Source: Myxococcota bacterium
GTDB taxonomy: Bacteria; Myxococcota_A; Polyangia; Nannocystales; Nannocystaceae
Assembly: GCA_039194325.1 (NCBI GenBank)
Contig: JBCCWC010000007.1
Span: 64,001 to 128,000 of the forward strand
Direction: 5' to 3'
DNA length: 64,000 nucleotides
In this document: in pieces, positions 38,583 through 48,722 of the stretch
Numbering within the stretch: the first letter of the stretch is position 1
Layout: every line of letters starts with the position of its first letter
Translations under genes and position numbers: made by a program
Notes under the pieces: generated by a model
Databases searched by the model: none
Seen by the model: the letters and a program-made list of their open reading frames with translations, nothing else
Told to the model about the DNA's origin: nothing

Positions 38583-40010
38583 TCACGATCCCTGGGCGCG
38601 AGCGAACAAGTAGTCCACCGCCAAGTGGGTCATCGCCCGCACGCCCAGCCGCAGGGCCCCCTCGTCGGCCAAGAAGTAGGGCGAGTGGTTGCTGGGCGCC
38701 TCCTTCACCGGGGTACCCTCGGGCACGATCCCCAAGAAGAAGAAGAGCCCCGGAATGCGCTGCTGATAGAACGCGAAGTCCTCCGCGCCCAGCACGGGCG
38801 AGCGCTCGTGCACCCGATCCGGGCCGGCCACCCGCTGTAAGGTCGGCAGCATGCGCGAGAGCAGATGCGGATCGTTATCGACCGCGGGGTAGCCCACGTC
38901 GATCTCCACCTCGGCGCGGGCTCCAGCTGCCTCGGCCAGCTTGGTCGCCGTCTGCTCGATCCGCTCATGGATCTGCCGGCGCACGCCGTCGTCGAAGGTC
39001 CGAATGGTCCCGACCAGCTCTACGCGATCGGGGATGATGTTGCTGCGCAGCCCCCCGTGGATGCTGCCCACCGAGACCACCGAGGGCGTCTTGGTGGTGT
39101 CGAGCTGGCGGGTCACGATGGTCTGCAGGGCGAGCACGATCTGGGAGGCGACCACGATCGGGTCGACGCCCTTCCAGGGATAGGCGCCGTGCGTCTGTGT
39201 GCCGTGCACGGTGATGGTGAAGCGATCCGAGCTGGCCATGGCCGGACCGGCCCGGTAGAGCACGTCGCCCACGGCCGCGGGCACCACGTGCAGGCCGAAG
39301 ATCGCCTCGGGCGCGGGTTGGTCGAGCGCGCCCTCCTTGACCATCAGCTCCGCCCCACCGTCCTCTCCGGGCGGGGCTCCCTCCTCGGCGGGCTGGAACA
39401 ACAGCACCACCGTCCCCGGCAGGCGCTCACGCACCCGCGGGAGTAGCTCGGCGACGCCCATGACGATCGCCATGTGCAGGTCGTGCCCACAGGCGTGCAT
39501 CACGGGCGTGTCCTTGCCCTGCCACGGGGCGGTGGCGGTGGACGCAAAGGGCAAGCCGGTCTGCTCGCGCACGGGCAGGGCATCCATTTCGGCCCGCAAC
39601 GCCACCACCGCGCCGGGCCGACCGCCCTCGAGCACGGCGACTACGCCGGTGTGGGCGACCCCGGTACGCACCGCCCAGCCGTGAGCTCGGAGGTGCTCGG
39701 CGATCACCCGGGCGGTGCGGTGCTCCCGGTTGCTCAGCTCGGGGTGTTGGTGGAGATCGCGGCGGTACTCGATCACCGCCGGCTCGAGCTCGGCGGCGAG
39801 GGCATCGATCTGCTCGGCGAGGGGGCTCGCGCCTACGTCGTCGGACAGGGTCGCCGTCGCGGGCGGCGGAGCCGGCGGCTCGGGCTCGGGGCTCGCGAGT
39901 GATCCGCTCTCCACCGACGGCGGCGGTATGTCCGGCGCGACGCCTTTGGCCGCCGGGCGGCACCCGTGCGCAGCGAGTAGGAGCGAAGCAACGAGCACGG
40001 GGGCACGCAT
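38583..40010 (-). CDS. M20D amidohydrolase with lipoprotein signal
   Basis: RRDLHQHPELS, MHACGHD, FQPAEE, HGAYP, GAEDF; AHGC lipobox. Confidence 0.92.
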   Translation of the reverse strand: MRAPVLVASLLLAAHGCRPAAKGVAPDIPPPSVESGSLASPEPEPPAPPPATATLSDDVGASPLAEQIDALAAELEPAVIEYRRDLHQHPELSNREHRTARVIAEHLRAHGWAVRTGVAHTGVVAVLEGGRPGAVVALRAEMDALPVREQTGLPFASTATAPWQGKDTPVMHACGHDLHMAIVMGVAELLPRVRERLPGTVVLLFQPAEEGAPPGEDGGAELMVKEGALDQPAPEAIFGLHVVPAAVGDVLYRAGPAMASSDRFTITVHGTQTHGAYPWKGVDPIVVASQIVLALQTIVTRQLDTTKTPSVVSVGSIHGGLRSNIIPDRVELVGTIRTFDDGVRRQIHERIEQTATKLAEAAGARAEVEIDVGYPAVDNDPHLLSRMLPTLQRVAGPDRVHERSPVLGAEDFAFYQQRIPGLFFFLGIVPEGTPVKEAPSNHSPYFLADEGALRLGVRAMTHLAVDYLFARAQGS

Positions 40011-40098
40011 CGTGGCGAGCATACGACGCCCGCCGCTCGGCCTAGTACCGCATGGACCGGCCGCTCCGGGCACCGACAGGAATCCCAGCCCGCAGCGC

Positions 40099-40626
40099 TC
40101 AGCGATCCTCGGAGCGCCTACCCGGCTCGGGCTCCACCACGCAAAACTGTCGCTCGGCTCGCTCGTCGTCGGTGGGAGGCTCCCACAGGTCGCTGGCCAG
40201 CTCGAAGAAGTCGTCGGGGACCTCCATCGAGAATGTCTCCCCTTGCTCGCGGTTGCGCTGCCGCACCCGCTGCCGCCGCACGTCACGGGGCGCATCGACG
40301 ACATAAACGGTCAGGTCGAGCGCCGCGGCGTCAACCCGGGCGTAGAACGACTCCCGCAGAGCACGCTGGATGAGGCCGATCTCAAGGACGACGTCGGTGC
40401 CCGCCTCGACCGCCGAGCAGGCGACCCTCCAGATCTGCTCGACACACCGCTCCGCCCGCTCCACGTACCACTCGATCCGCCCCGTCGGGGGGCGATCGGG
40501 ACGGAACAGCACGGTCATCCACTCGTCGAGCGTCAAGCGCAGCGCGTCGTGCTCGCGGCAAAGCCGGCGGGCAAAGGTCGACTTGCCGGATCCAACCGGC
40601 CCGATCAGTAGGTGTAGGCGAGCCAC
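40099..40626 (-). CDS. AAA_33-type P-loop kinase
   Basis: GPVGSGKST, LTLDEW, WEPP. Confidence 0.85.
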   Translation of the reverse strand: MARLHLLIGPVGSGKSTFARRLCREHDALRLTLDEWMTVLFRPDRPPTGRIEWYVERAERCVEQIWRVACSAVEAGTDVVLEIGLIQRALRESFYARVDAAALDLTVYVVDAPRDVRRQRVRQRNREQGETFSMEVPDDFFELASDLWEPPTDDERAERQFCVVEPEPGRRSEDR

Positions 40627-40738
40627 GAGAGACGGATTCCGGGTTGGTGGACGACGATTCTCGACGATGACAGACCAGCCGGCGACTCGGGGGACTGACG
40701 TCAGGCTTGGTCCTCGTGATGAGAAGGTCCAACGCCTG

Positions 40739-40918
40739 TCAGGTCGTATTTTCGCTTGGCGCTGAGGGAGGCGTTGGCTGGGCTGGTGGATTTGGCGCGG
40801 GAGGGGGCGGTCGTCGGACGGCAGTTCCTCCTGGCGGCGGCCGGACCGATTGCGGGTCCACGTTTCGGTTTGCTCTGTACCCGCCATCTCTGCGGACTTC
40901 ACGCTCTGGATCTGCCAC
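40739..40918 (-). CDS. Small Pro-rich protein (59 aa), below the ORF-track cutoff
   Basis: GAGGA RBS; GTG overlaps the upstream TAG; ...GGYRA...PPPGGTAV... Confidence 0.55.
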   Translation of the reverse strand: MADPEREVRRDGGYRANRNVDPQSVRPPPGGTAVRRPPPPAPNPPAQPTPPSAPSENTT

Positions 40919-41082
40919 TAGTCCTCACCTTCATCAAATCCTAGAAACTCCAGGAGGCGGATCGACTTGCCGGAGATCCAAACGCCCTTGCTGTAGGGCA
41001 TCGGCTCCCCGAAGGAGCCCAGTTCGTCAAGCTCGAACACTCACTCCAAGTATAGATCCTCGTCCTCAGGATAGACAGACGC
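40918..41082 (-). pseudogene. DUF6338-like C-terminal fragment with in-frame stop
   Basis: ASVYPEDEDLYLE*VFELDELGSFGEPMPYSKGVWISGKSIRLLEF; family recognised from memory. Confidence 0.55.
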
Positions 41083-41101
41083 GAGGTTTCCGCACGGACT
41101 G

Positions 41102-41713
41102 CTAGGGCACGCAGATCCGCCGCATCACGCCTATCAGCTTGCGCTCGATCATCACGAGCTCCTTGGGGGGCAGCGAGTCCCAGTGGGTGGCGACCCAGGT
41201 GTCCATCGCCTCGCCCAAGCCCAGCAACATGGCGGTGATCAGATCGACGGGCAGATCGGTGCGGACCGCCCCGACCCCTTGCCCGACCTGGAGGATCTCC
41301 CGCGTGGGCTGCTGCGCCAGGGCCAGCACCTCCCGCACCTGCGGCGGCGCCTCGGCCAGCGAGCGAACCAGGCCGCGGGCAAGCTCGGCCCGCCGCGGGT
41401 CGGCCATGAAGTAAGCGCCCACCCGAGCGACCATGGCATCACAGGCGGCCCAGAACCCCTCGGCGTCTTTGATCTCGCCGAGCCCGCCGATGATCTCCAA
41501 AAAGCCGGCGAAGGTGCGACGCACGACCGTGAGGTAGAGGTCGGCCTTGTCGTCGAAGTAGTAGTACATCGCGCCCTTGCTGACCCCGGCCTGCTCGATG
41601 ATCCGGTTGTACGAGGCGCGGGTGAAGCCATGGGCGGCGAACTCCGCCTCGGCCGCGTCGAGGATCACGTCACGCTTTTCGGCATCGAGCCGGTCGAATC
41701 GCGGCCGGGGCAT
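41102..41713 (-). CDS. TetR/AcrR-family regulator
   Basis: ASYNRIIEQAGVSKGAMYYYFDDKADLY. Confidence 0.92.
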   Translation of the reverse strand: MPRPRFDRLDAEKRDVILDAAEAEFAAHGFTRASYNRIIEQAGVSKGAMYYYFDDKADLYLTVVRRTFAGFLEIIGGLGEIKDAEGFWAACDAMVARVGAYFMADPRRAELARGLVRSLAEAPPQVREVLALAQQPTREILQVGQGVGAVRTDLPVDLITAMLLGLGEAMDTWVATHWDSLPPKELVMIERKLIGVMRRICVP

Positions 41714-41729
41714 AGGACACCCGATGCTA

Positions 41730-42140
41730 TCAGCCCACCTGGTCGAGCACGGGCAACGAGCGCACGGGTCGTAGCCACTCGGGCAATGCGGCGCGAACGT
41801 GGGGCGGGAGCTCCTCGGGCGTGGCCGCGGCCTCGCGGAGCAGCCGCCGGCGCAGGCGGAGATAGCGAGCCGTGCCCACGTCGGCCCGGACCAGCTTGTC
41901 GCCGCCCTCGGTGGGCACCCGCCCGTCGGCCGCGGGCGCCGCCCACCACAGCCACACCAGCCCGTGCTCCTCGCGAAGAGGGAACGCCTCGGCCCCGCGA
42001 TGCGGGCAACGTTCGCGAAGAGATCGCAGCGCGCCGTCGTCCCCACCAAAGACCACCAAAGACAGACCCATCCGGCGCAGGGCCACCGGAGCAGACCGCA
42101 CCTGGGACGACGCGATGGGGTACCCGCGATTGGGGATCAT
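41730..42140 (-). pseudogene. Rieske oxygenase with internal in-frame deletions
   Basis: MIPN..PI, RCPHRGA joined directly to FPLREEHGLVWLWW; second CxxH and catalytic domain missing. Confidence 0.75.
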
Positions 42141-42522
42141 GGGAGCAACCTCGACTTTCTGATTCGTTCGCCTGAGTGGTCTGGCTGAATGGGCCCGGCC
42201 AGGTTTAGACCGCAAGGTTCGACCGATGGTATAATCGTGAATCTTCGTGCCGGAGCGGCAAGCGATTTCTCGTTGAATCGCCCCCAGGAGCTGGCTACTG
42301 CCGGTTTTCACTGCGCCATGCGCGCATTTTGCGTGCGCGATCCCAAGCGCCGCCAGCGGCGATCCCCACACGCGCTTCCATCCGCGAGGTCGATTGCGTG
42401 AGATGCCTAGCCTATTGATGTGCTGCCCACGACCGGCCGGGCTCGCGGCCACACGATGAGGTTGATGCGAGTACGATCCGGCGGTGGGGATGCAGACGAG
42501 GTCATTGGGCCGCGACGGGAGT

Positions 42523-43488
42523 ATGAGCTGGGCGGTCGGCGTAGTACTGCTGCTGGGTTGCTCGGTAGGATCTGGCGGGGGTGGCTTCAGCTCGGCCGCG
42601 AGCATCGGCGGAGGAACGCCCACGGACACGGGCTCGGCGAGCATGAGCGAGGGCTCGGACGATTCGGGGATCGCCGACGGCAGCGCGACATCGGTGGGCG
42701 ACCCACCGGACACCGACGATCCCCCGCCGGGCGCGGAGATCTGCAACGGCCTCGACGACGACGGTGACGGCGAGATCGACGAGGATCAGCCCGAACAAAG
42801 CTGCGGGGTGGGCTCTTGCGCGGTGACCGAGCCCACCTGCGTGGGAGGGATCCCGAAGCGCTGCACTCCGGCGCTGCCCGGGGCCGAGGTCTGCAACGGC
42901 CTCGACGACGATTGCAACGGAGCGGTGGACGACGGCATCGAGCAAGATTGCAGCACGGCATGCGGACCCGGAGTGATCACCTGCGTAGGCGGAGTGGAGC
43001 AGGCTTGCAATGCGCCTCCTCCCCAGCCCGAGGTCTGCAACCTCTTGGACGACGACTGCGACGGCGCGGCCGACCAGGGCGTGGCCGGGTGCCGCGTGGG
43101 GGTGCATCGCTCGGTTCACCCCAATACCGGCGAGCACTTCTACACGACCGATCTCGGCGAGGCGCAGTGCTGCGGCTTCAACCTCGAGGCCGCCGACTAC
43201 TACGATCTCTACGCCGGGCCGCAGGCGGGGTTGGTCGCGTTCTACCGCTGTCTGACCCCGTGGGGTTTTCACTTCTACACACAGAGCCCTACCTGCGAGG
43301 GCACCACCGTCGAGGGGATCATGGGCTATATCGCCACCGCCCCGGACACCGCGGGGTCGGTCCCGCTGTATCGCCTGTACCTGGGCAGCAACGGCGATCA
43401 CTTCTATACGACCAGCGCGACCGAGCGCGACAACGCGATCAACAACAGCGGCTACGTGGACGAGGGCATCGCCGGCTACGTGTGGTGA
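42523..43488 (+). CDS. Lipoprotein with ExCNGxDDDCDG metal-binding (MopE-related) repeats and C-terminal HFYT-repeat (DUF5648-like) domain
   Basis: LLGC lipobox; three ExCN-LDDD repeats; three HFYT repeats. Confidence 0.8.
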   Translation: MSWAVGVVLLLGCSVGSGGGGFSSAASIGGGTPTDTGSASMSEGSDDSGIADGSATSVGDPPDTDDPPPGAEICNGLDDDGDGEIDEDQPEQSCGVGSCAVTEPTCVGGIPKRCTPALPGAEVCNGLDDDCNGAVDDGIEQDCSTACGPGVITCVGGVEQACNAPPPQPEVCNLLDDDCDGAADQGVAGCRVGVHRSVHPNTGEHFYTTDLGEAQCCGFNLEAADYYDLYAGPQAGLVAFYRCLTPWGFHFYTQSPTCEGTTVEGIMGYIATAPDTAGSVPLYRLYLGSNGDHFYTTSATERDNAINNSGYVDEGIAGYVW

Positions 43489-43692
43489 GCGGGGCTTGGG
43501 GGCCCTTGGGCGCGATGCCGGTATTCCCGCACCGAGCCGCCTCCCTCCTTTTCAAGCCGCACCGGTTCGCTCCCCCACCCAAGCCATGAGCGATCTGGGC
43601 AATCCCTCGGGGCGCGCGGGGAACTCCTCGCTGGGGTCCGGGATGGCCCCGCTTCCGCCGACCCGAGGGATGTGGTGTGATCAACGACGACG

Positions 43693-44301
43693 ATGGCCAG
43701 CGATGCGATGCTCGTAGAAGCCTGGCGCGCGGGCGATCGCGAAGCGGGCGCGAAGCTCTTCGACACCTACTACGCCTCGGTGGCCCGGTTCTTCCGCAAC
43801 AAGGTGGGCCCGGAGAGCGCCGATCTCATCCAGGCCACGTTCCTCGCCTGCTTCGAGGGCCTGGAGCGGATGCAGTCGACCAATTTCCGCAGCTACCTGT
43901 TCGCGATCGCGTGCAACCTGCTGCGCAAGCACTACCGAGGCAAGGGTCGGGATCGCATCGACTTTGGCTCGGTCAGCGCGCACGACATGGACCCCTCGCC
44001 CAGCTCGGTGATCGCGGCCGACCAGCAGCAGCGGCAGCTCCTGGGGGCGCTGCGCCGGATCCCGATCGACATGCAGATCATCCTCGAGCTGTTCTACTGG
44101 GAATCGATGACGGCCGCGGAGGTAGGCGAGGTGCTGGAGATCCCCCTGGGCACGGCCAAGACCCGGATCCGGCGCGCTCGCCAGCTGCTACACGAGCAGA
44201 TGCAGAAGCTGGAGGCGCAAGGCCTGGACTCGAGCTGCACGATCGAAGACCTCGACGCGTGGGCCCGCGGGCTGCGGGGAGACGACGCACCACCGGCCTG
44301 A
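43693..44301 (+). CDS. ECF sigma-70 factor
   Basis: DLIQATFL, FRSYLF, IPLGTAKTRIRRAR. Confidence 0.92.
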   Translation: MASDAMLVEAWRAGDREAGAKLFDTYYASVARFFRNKVGPESADLIQATFLACFEGLERMQSTNFRSYLFAIACNLLRKHYRGKGRDRIDFGSVSAHDMDPSPSSVIAADQQQRQLLGALRRIPIDMQIILELFYWESMTAAEVGEVLEIPLGTAKTRIRRARQLLHEQMQKLEAQGLDSSCTIEDLDAWARGLRGDDAPPA

Positions 44302-44326
44302 GACTGCACCGGGGGACTGGCACGCC

Positions 44327-46117
44327 ATGAACCGGCCCTCGTCCCCAGTCGGCGGCGTCGAGCCCGAGCCGGCCCTCCTGGCGCCTCCCCCCGAGGGCCC
44401 GGCGATCGATCCCTTGCGCGACCGCCTGCGGGCCCGGCTGTTTGGAGGGCCGCACCCGATCACCCGGGTGGGTCGCTTCGTGATCCTGCAAGAGCTGGGC
44501 ACGGGCGGGATGGGGCACGTCTACGCGGCCTACGACGAGCAGCTGGAGCGCAAGATCGCGGTGAAGGTGCTGCGGGCAGACATGGCCCAAAAGCCGCGGC
44601 ACGAGCAACGCCTGCGGCGAGAGGCCCAGGCCCTCGCCCGGCTCTCACACCCCAACGTGGTGGCGGTGTACGAGTCGGGCGAGGTCGACGGGCAGGTGTT
44701 CCTGGCCATGGAGCTGGTGTCGGGACCGTCGATGCGTGAGTGGCAGCAGGCCGATCCGCCGCCTCCCGGGGTCGAGCGCGAGGTGCTCGCGCTGCGCCAA
44801 GCGCTGGCCAACGCCCACTCGGTGTACCTGCTGGGGAACTATGCACGAGCCCAGCGCTTGCTCGTGCCGGTGCTGGAGCGAGCCCGCGCGCTGGGCTACG
44901 GGCCCCTACTCGCCGAGGCGCTGGCAATGGTCGGCAAGGTGTCGAGCCAGAATAACGAGCTCGAGCAAGCCCGAGAGACATTGCTCGAAGCGGTCGACGT
45001 GGCCGAGAGCCACCGCCACGACGAGATCGCCGCCGATGCCTGGCACGCCTTGGCCTTTTTAGCCACCGACCGGCTGCGCGATCCGGCGGAGGGCAAGCGC
45101 TGGCTACGAAGGGCCTGGGCGGCGGTCCGACGCACGGGCAGCCGCGTCCTCGAGGAGGCGGCCCTACTCGAACAACAAGGCCACCTCGCGATGCTGGAAT
45201 CCGACTTCGACGAAGCTGAGCGCTCCTATCGCGAGGCGCTCACGCGACGAGAGACCGCACTCGGCTCCGACCATCACCATGTCATCAAGTCGCGGGTGAC
45301 GCTGGCCAACAGTTACATGGCCCGTGGTGACTTCGCCAAGGCGCAGACCGAGTACACATGGGTCATTGAGCGGCTCGTGAGCATCCTGGGCCCCGAACAT
45401 CCGAGGGTGGGGGCCCAGCGCTTCAACCTCGCGCTCGTCTACCAAAGGCTCGGTCACCTCGCCAAGGCCGACGAGCAGCTGGCCGCCACCCTCGCTATTT
45501 ATCGCCTCGCCTATGGCGAACACAGCGCACGGCTGGTCCCACTGCTGACCAAGCAAGCCGAGCTCGAAGAGCACCGAGGCCGGCTCGACGAGGCGCTCAA
45601 GCTCGCCGGGCGAGCCCGCGACTTGCTCGACACGAGCGCATCCGATCCGGCCTCCGACCCGGCCTCCGACCCGGCGCTGCTGGAGACCCTCACGGTGCTC
45701 GGGATCCTGCACTACCGACAGCGGCAATGGGACGAGGCGCTCGTGTCTTTGTCCCGGGTGGTGGAGCTCACCGAAGCCAGCCCCGACCCATCGCCGCTCT
45801 ACCAGGGGCTCGCACACTCCAACGTGGGTGATGTCCTCATCGCCCTCGAGCGCTGGGACGACGCCGCCACCCGCTACGAGCGCGCGCTCGAGCTGATGCG
45901 CCCCGTGTTGGCGGCCGATCACCCCAGCCTCGGCGCACCGCTACGCGGGATCGGCCAGGCCAAGCTAGGCCGTGGCGACGCCGCAGGAGCCGTCGAGCCG
46001 CTGCAACACGCGCTCGAGATCCGGCGCACCTACCCCGGTGATCGCCACGAGCTGGCCATCACCCTGTGGGCGTTGGCACGAGCGATGGCTCTGTCGACGC
46101 CTGCCGATCGTAGCTAG
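44327..46117 (+). CDS. Ser/Thr kinase-TPR protein lacking the kinase C-lobe (probable pseudokinase or pseudogene)
   Basis: GTGGMG, AVK, REA, HPNVV, MELV present, then TPRs; no HRD/DFG. Confidence 0.8.
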   Translation: MNRPSSPVGGVEPEPALLAPPPEGPAIDPLRDRLRARLFGGPHPITRVGRFVILQELGTGGMGHVYAAYDEQLERKIAVKVLRADMAQKPRHEQRLRREAQALARLSHPNVVAVYESGEVDGQVFLAMELVSGPSMREWQQADPPPPGVEREVLALRQALANAHSVYLLGNYARAQRLLVPVLERARALGYGPLLAEALAMVGKVSSQNNELEQARETLLEAVDVAESHRHDEIAADAWHALAFLATDRLRDPAEGKRWLRRAWAAVRRTGSRVLEEAALLEQQGHLAMLESDFDEAERSYREALTRRETALGSDHHHVIKSRVTLANSYMARGDFAKAQTEYTWVIERLVSILGPEHPRVGAQRFNLALVYQRLGHLAKADEQLAATLAIYRLAYGEHSARLVPLLTKQAELEEHRGRLDEALKLAGRARDLLDTSASDPASDPASDPALLETLTVLGILHYRQRQWDEALVSLSRVVELTEASPDPSPLYQGLAHSNVGDVLIALERWDDAATRYERALELMRPVLAADHPSLGAPLRGIGQAKLGRGDAAGAVEPLQHALEIRRTYPGDRHELAITLWALARAMALSTPADRS

Positions 46118-46167
46118 CCTACGAAGGGCAGCCGCTCTCTGAGCATCGCCACGCGATCGAGCATCGG

Positions 46168-46509
46168 ATGAACGAGCTGACCGAATACGACATCCAGATC
46201 CCCGACATCGACCACGAGGGGAAGCACTACCGGGTCAACGTATTGAGCGTGAAACCCGACGGCTCGCTCGAGCCGTGGGCTCGCGGAGGCACGGGGTGCC
46301 GATCACACAAGATCACCCGCCCCGAGCGCGACACGGTGCATGTCCCATTCGTGGTCGTCGCGGTACGGGAGGATGGCGAGCAGATCCTGGCCGACCCCTA
46401 TCCGGAGACCTTCACTCCTCCCATGAACCCTCCTATCGACTCTCCTCCTCCACGGAGGACCACCGACGCCGGGGACAACGGAGACGGCGCAGATTCCACC
46501 GGGGGCTAG
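46168..46509 (+). CDS. Hypothetical protein, possibly the detached C-terminus of the kinase-TPR gene
   Basis: Frame is open from 46114 and reads AYEG...AIEHRMNEL, like a TPR-kinase ending. Confidence 0.5.
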   Translation: MNELTEYDIQIPDIDHEGKHYRVNVLSVKPDGSLEPWARGGTGCRSHKITRPERDTVHVPFVVVAVREDGEQILADPYPETFTPPMNPPIDSPPPRRTTDAGDNGDGADSTGG

Positions 46510-46548
46510 CCGCCCCCCTTGGCCGCGCCGAGGCATCCGCCAAAGCCT

Positions 46549-48063
46549 TCAGGCCAGCACGGCGGACATGTCCCGGCGGCCCGCGAAATCCACGTCGAGG
46601 GCCTGGGCGATGAGGCTATAGATGTCCTCCTCGCGCATCTGAGTCCCCGGCCGGGGCTCTCCGGTGGTGCGATCGAAGCCGTAGGTCAGCAGCGTGGCCG
46701 GATCGACCCCACCGAACACCCGGTTGCCGACCAGCCGCGGCGACAGCAGGACGGAGCCGTTGTTGACGTGGTGCCCGGTGCCGAACTGCTCGCCGCCGGT
46801 GCTGCGGATCTTGTCACGACCGAAGTCGGTGGCAATGTAGATCAGGCTGCGATCCCACATCTTGCCGAGCGCCGGATCGCCGAGGTAGTCGTGACTACGC
46901 AGCAGGGTGATGAGCCCGTCGACGAGCGCGAGCACGCGGCCCCACATCACGTTCTGGGTGGCGCGGTGATAGGTGTGGGAGAAATCGAAGGCGAGCGGAG
47001 CGTCGACGATCGACTCGCCCTCGAACGAAGGGTTGAGCGACAGCGAGATCGTCGACGCGCAGCTGAGGCCATGACGCGCCAGCAAGAAGGCCATCGCGCC
47101 GCGCTGCTGCCACTGGTCCTTGTCGAGCTTGGGGAAGACCGCGCGCAGCTCCTCGCTCAGGGCGCTCGGGTTCAAGCCGAGCTCCTCGATCGTCGAGGTG
47201 CCCGGCAGCAACATCAAGGTCTCGATGGCGTCCTCGGCCTCGAGCCGCATGGCCACGTCGTCGCGCGTGCCGAAGTAGCGCTGCAGCTGCTGCGCGTCGC
47301 GAAAGGTCTGACCAAAGGGAGAGCGACGATCGAGCTCGGCCCGGATCCGACGCGCACGCGAGACCGCGGCGGAGGGCGGAGCGCCCGCGAGACCGCGGCT
47401 GCCGTGCGTGGACATGGCGAAGGTGAGGGGATTGCCGATGAGCTCGGCGCGAGCAAAGGAAGGCAGGCTCGCGTCGTCGCCGGGCTCGACGAAGCCGTCG
47501 AAGGCCATGGTGCAGTTGGCCAGGGGCAGCCCCTCGCCGTGGCGCGCGGCCACGGCCTCGGCGATCGTCCGGCCGCCATGGATCCCGGCCCCGTTTACAG
47601 AGCGCTTCTGGGCCACGATATGGTTGACCGAGGTGACCTCGTGAGCGACCACCGTGAGCTCCTCGTGGTACTTGGCCACGAACTGCTCGATCGAGTAGTC
47701 CGAGCCCAAGAACAAGGTGTCTTGGAGGGGCCCCACGCAGCGGATCGCGCTGCCCGGAGGCTGGACGAGCTGCTCGGGCTCGTAGGCAGCGGTCGAGCCC
47801 GGCTCGATCCCGGACGGAAGCTCGGCCGTGGAGACGGGCATGAAGCTGTCGATGATGCTCGCGCCCCCCGTTGCACACACGACAAAGAGCAGGCGCCGGT
47901 CGGCGACGTCGGCCGCAGCGCGAGGGTGTAGCGGCCGGGCGCGTGCACGACGGGTCAGCGGCGAAGCGGCGCTCAGGCCGAGCATCGACAGCCCCGCGGA
48001 CGCGCCGAAGAGCAGCCCACGTCGGGAAAGAAGGGGATCTCGAGAGTGAGAAGGCTTGGACAT
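46549..48063 (-). CDS. DUF1501-like Tat-exported protein
   Basis: SRRGLL twin-Arg signal; GGAS..DSF, ATDFGR, GTGHH, GNRVFGG. Confidence 0.8.
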   Translation of the reverse strand: MSKPSHSRDPLLSRRGLLFGASAGLSMLGLSAASPLTRRARARPLHPRAAADVADRRLLFVVCATGGASIIDSFMPVSTAELPSGIEPGSTAAYEPEQLVQPPGSAIRCVGPLQDTLFLGSDYSIEQFVAKYHEELTVVAHEVTSVNHIVAQKRSVNGAGIHGGRTIAEAVAARHGEGLPLANCTMAFDGFVEPGDDASLPSFARAELIGNPLTFAMSTHGSRGLAGAPPSAAVSRARRIRAELDRRSPFGQTFRDAQQLQRYFGTRDDVAMRLEAEDAIETLMLLPGTSTIEELGLNPSALSEELRAVFPKLDKDQWQQRGAMAFLLARHGLSCASTISLSLNPSFEGESIVDAPLAFDFSHTYHRATQNVMWGRVLALVDGLITLLRSHDYLGDPALGKMWDRSLIYIATDFGRDKIRSTGGEQFGTGHHVNNGSVLLSPRLVGNRVFGGVDPATLLTYGFDRTTGEPRPGTQMREEDIYSLIAQALDVDFAGRRDMSAVLA

Positions 48064-48077
48064 GGTGGTGACTCCAG

Positions 48078-48722
48078 CTAGATGAACAAGAACTCGGCGC
48101 TCGTGACGACCACGAAGCAGCTCAGGTGAGCGAAACGATCCGCGCCGACCCGCTCGCCGGCGTCGTCGACCAGAAGCTCGGCATGAAGCTCGAGCTCTTC
48201 GGGCGTGGGCTCGCGACCCAGCAAGCGACGGTAGAGCGTGACCACCGTCTGCTCGAACGCAGGCGCGTCCGCCGAGGGGGCCTCACCATCGAGCGCGAGG
48301 GTGGTGAACACCACGGGCGCCTGACGATCGAGCTGCACGCGGCGACCACAGGCCGCGAGGGCGACGCGGTCGAGGGCCAGCGGTGTGGTAGTGAGGGGCT
48401 CCGCGATCGGCTCGTACAGGCCCTGAGCTATCGGATCATGGCCACCGAGGCTGGCCTGGTGCACGTCGTTGATGCAATCGAGCTCTCCGAGCTCGGTGCA
48501 CAACTCAGTGGGTTCTAGCTCGAGAGCGCGGACCAGATCTTGGGTGAGGGCGTGCTGGCGCTTCCAGATCAGCCGGTTGCGCGTCGAGGCGGTCGACAGA
48601 TCCGGATCGCCGTCGTCCGACGAGGATCCCGGGCAACCACCGACGAGCAGGGCGCTCACCAGCAGGGCGGATCGCGGACCCCGACGGGCCCGAACGAGGG
48701 TTGACAGGGGCATGCGCGTCAT
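48078..48722 (-). CDS. Lipoprotein in the DUF1501 operon
   Basis: VGGC lipobox; LYRRLLGREPT..E; SAEFLF. Confidence 0.75.
   Translation of the reverse strand: MTRMPLSTLVRARRGPRSALLVSALLVGGCPGSSSDDGDPDLSTASTRNRLIWKRQHALTQDLVRALELEPTELCTELGELDCINDVHQASLGGHDPIAQGLYEPIAEPLTTTPLALDRVALAACGRRVQLDRQAPVVFTTLALDGEAPSADAPAFEQTVVTLYRRLLGREPTPEELELHAELLVDDAGERVGADRFAHLSCFVVVTSAEFLFI

Noticed and set aside
41041..41043. Selenocysteine or readthrough TGA in the DUF6338-like fragment
   Set aside because: The gene is also 5'-truncated and the position is not Cys-like; simple nonsense decay is more likely.
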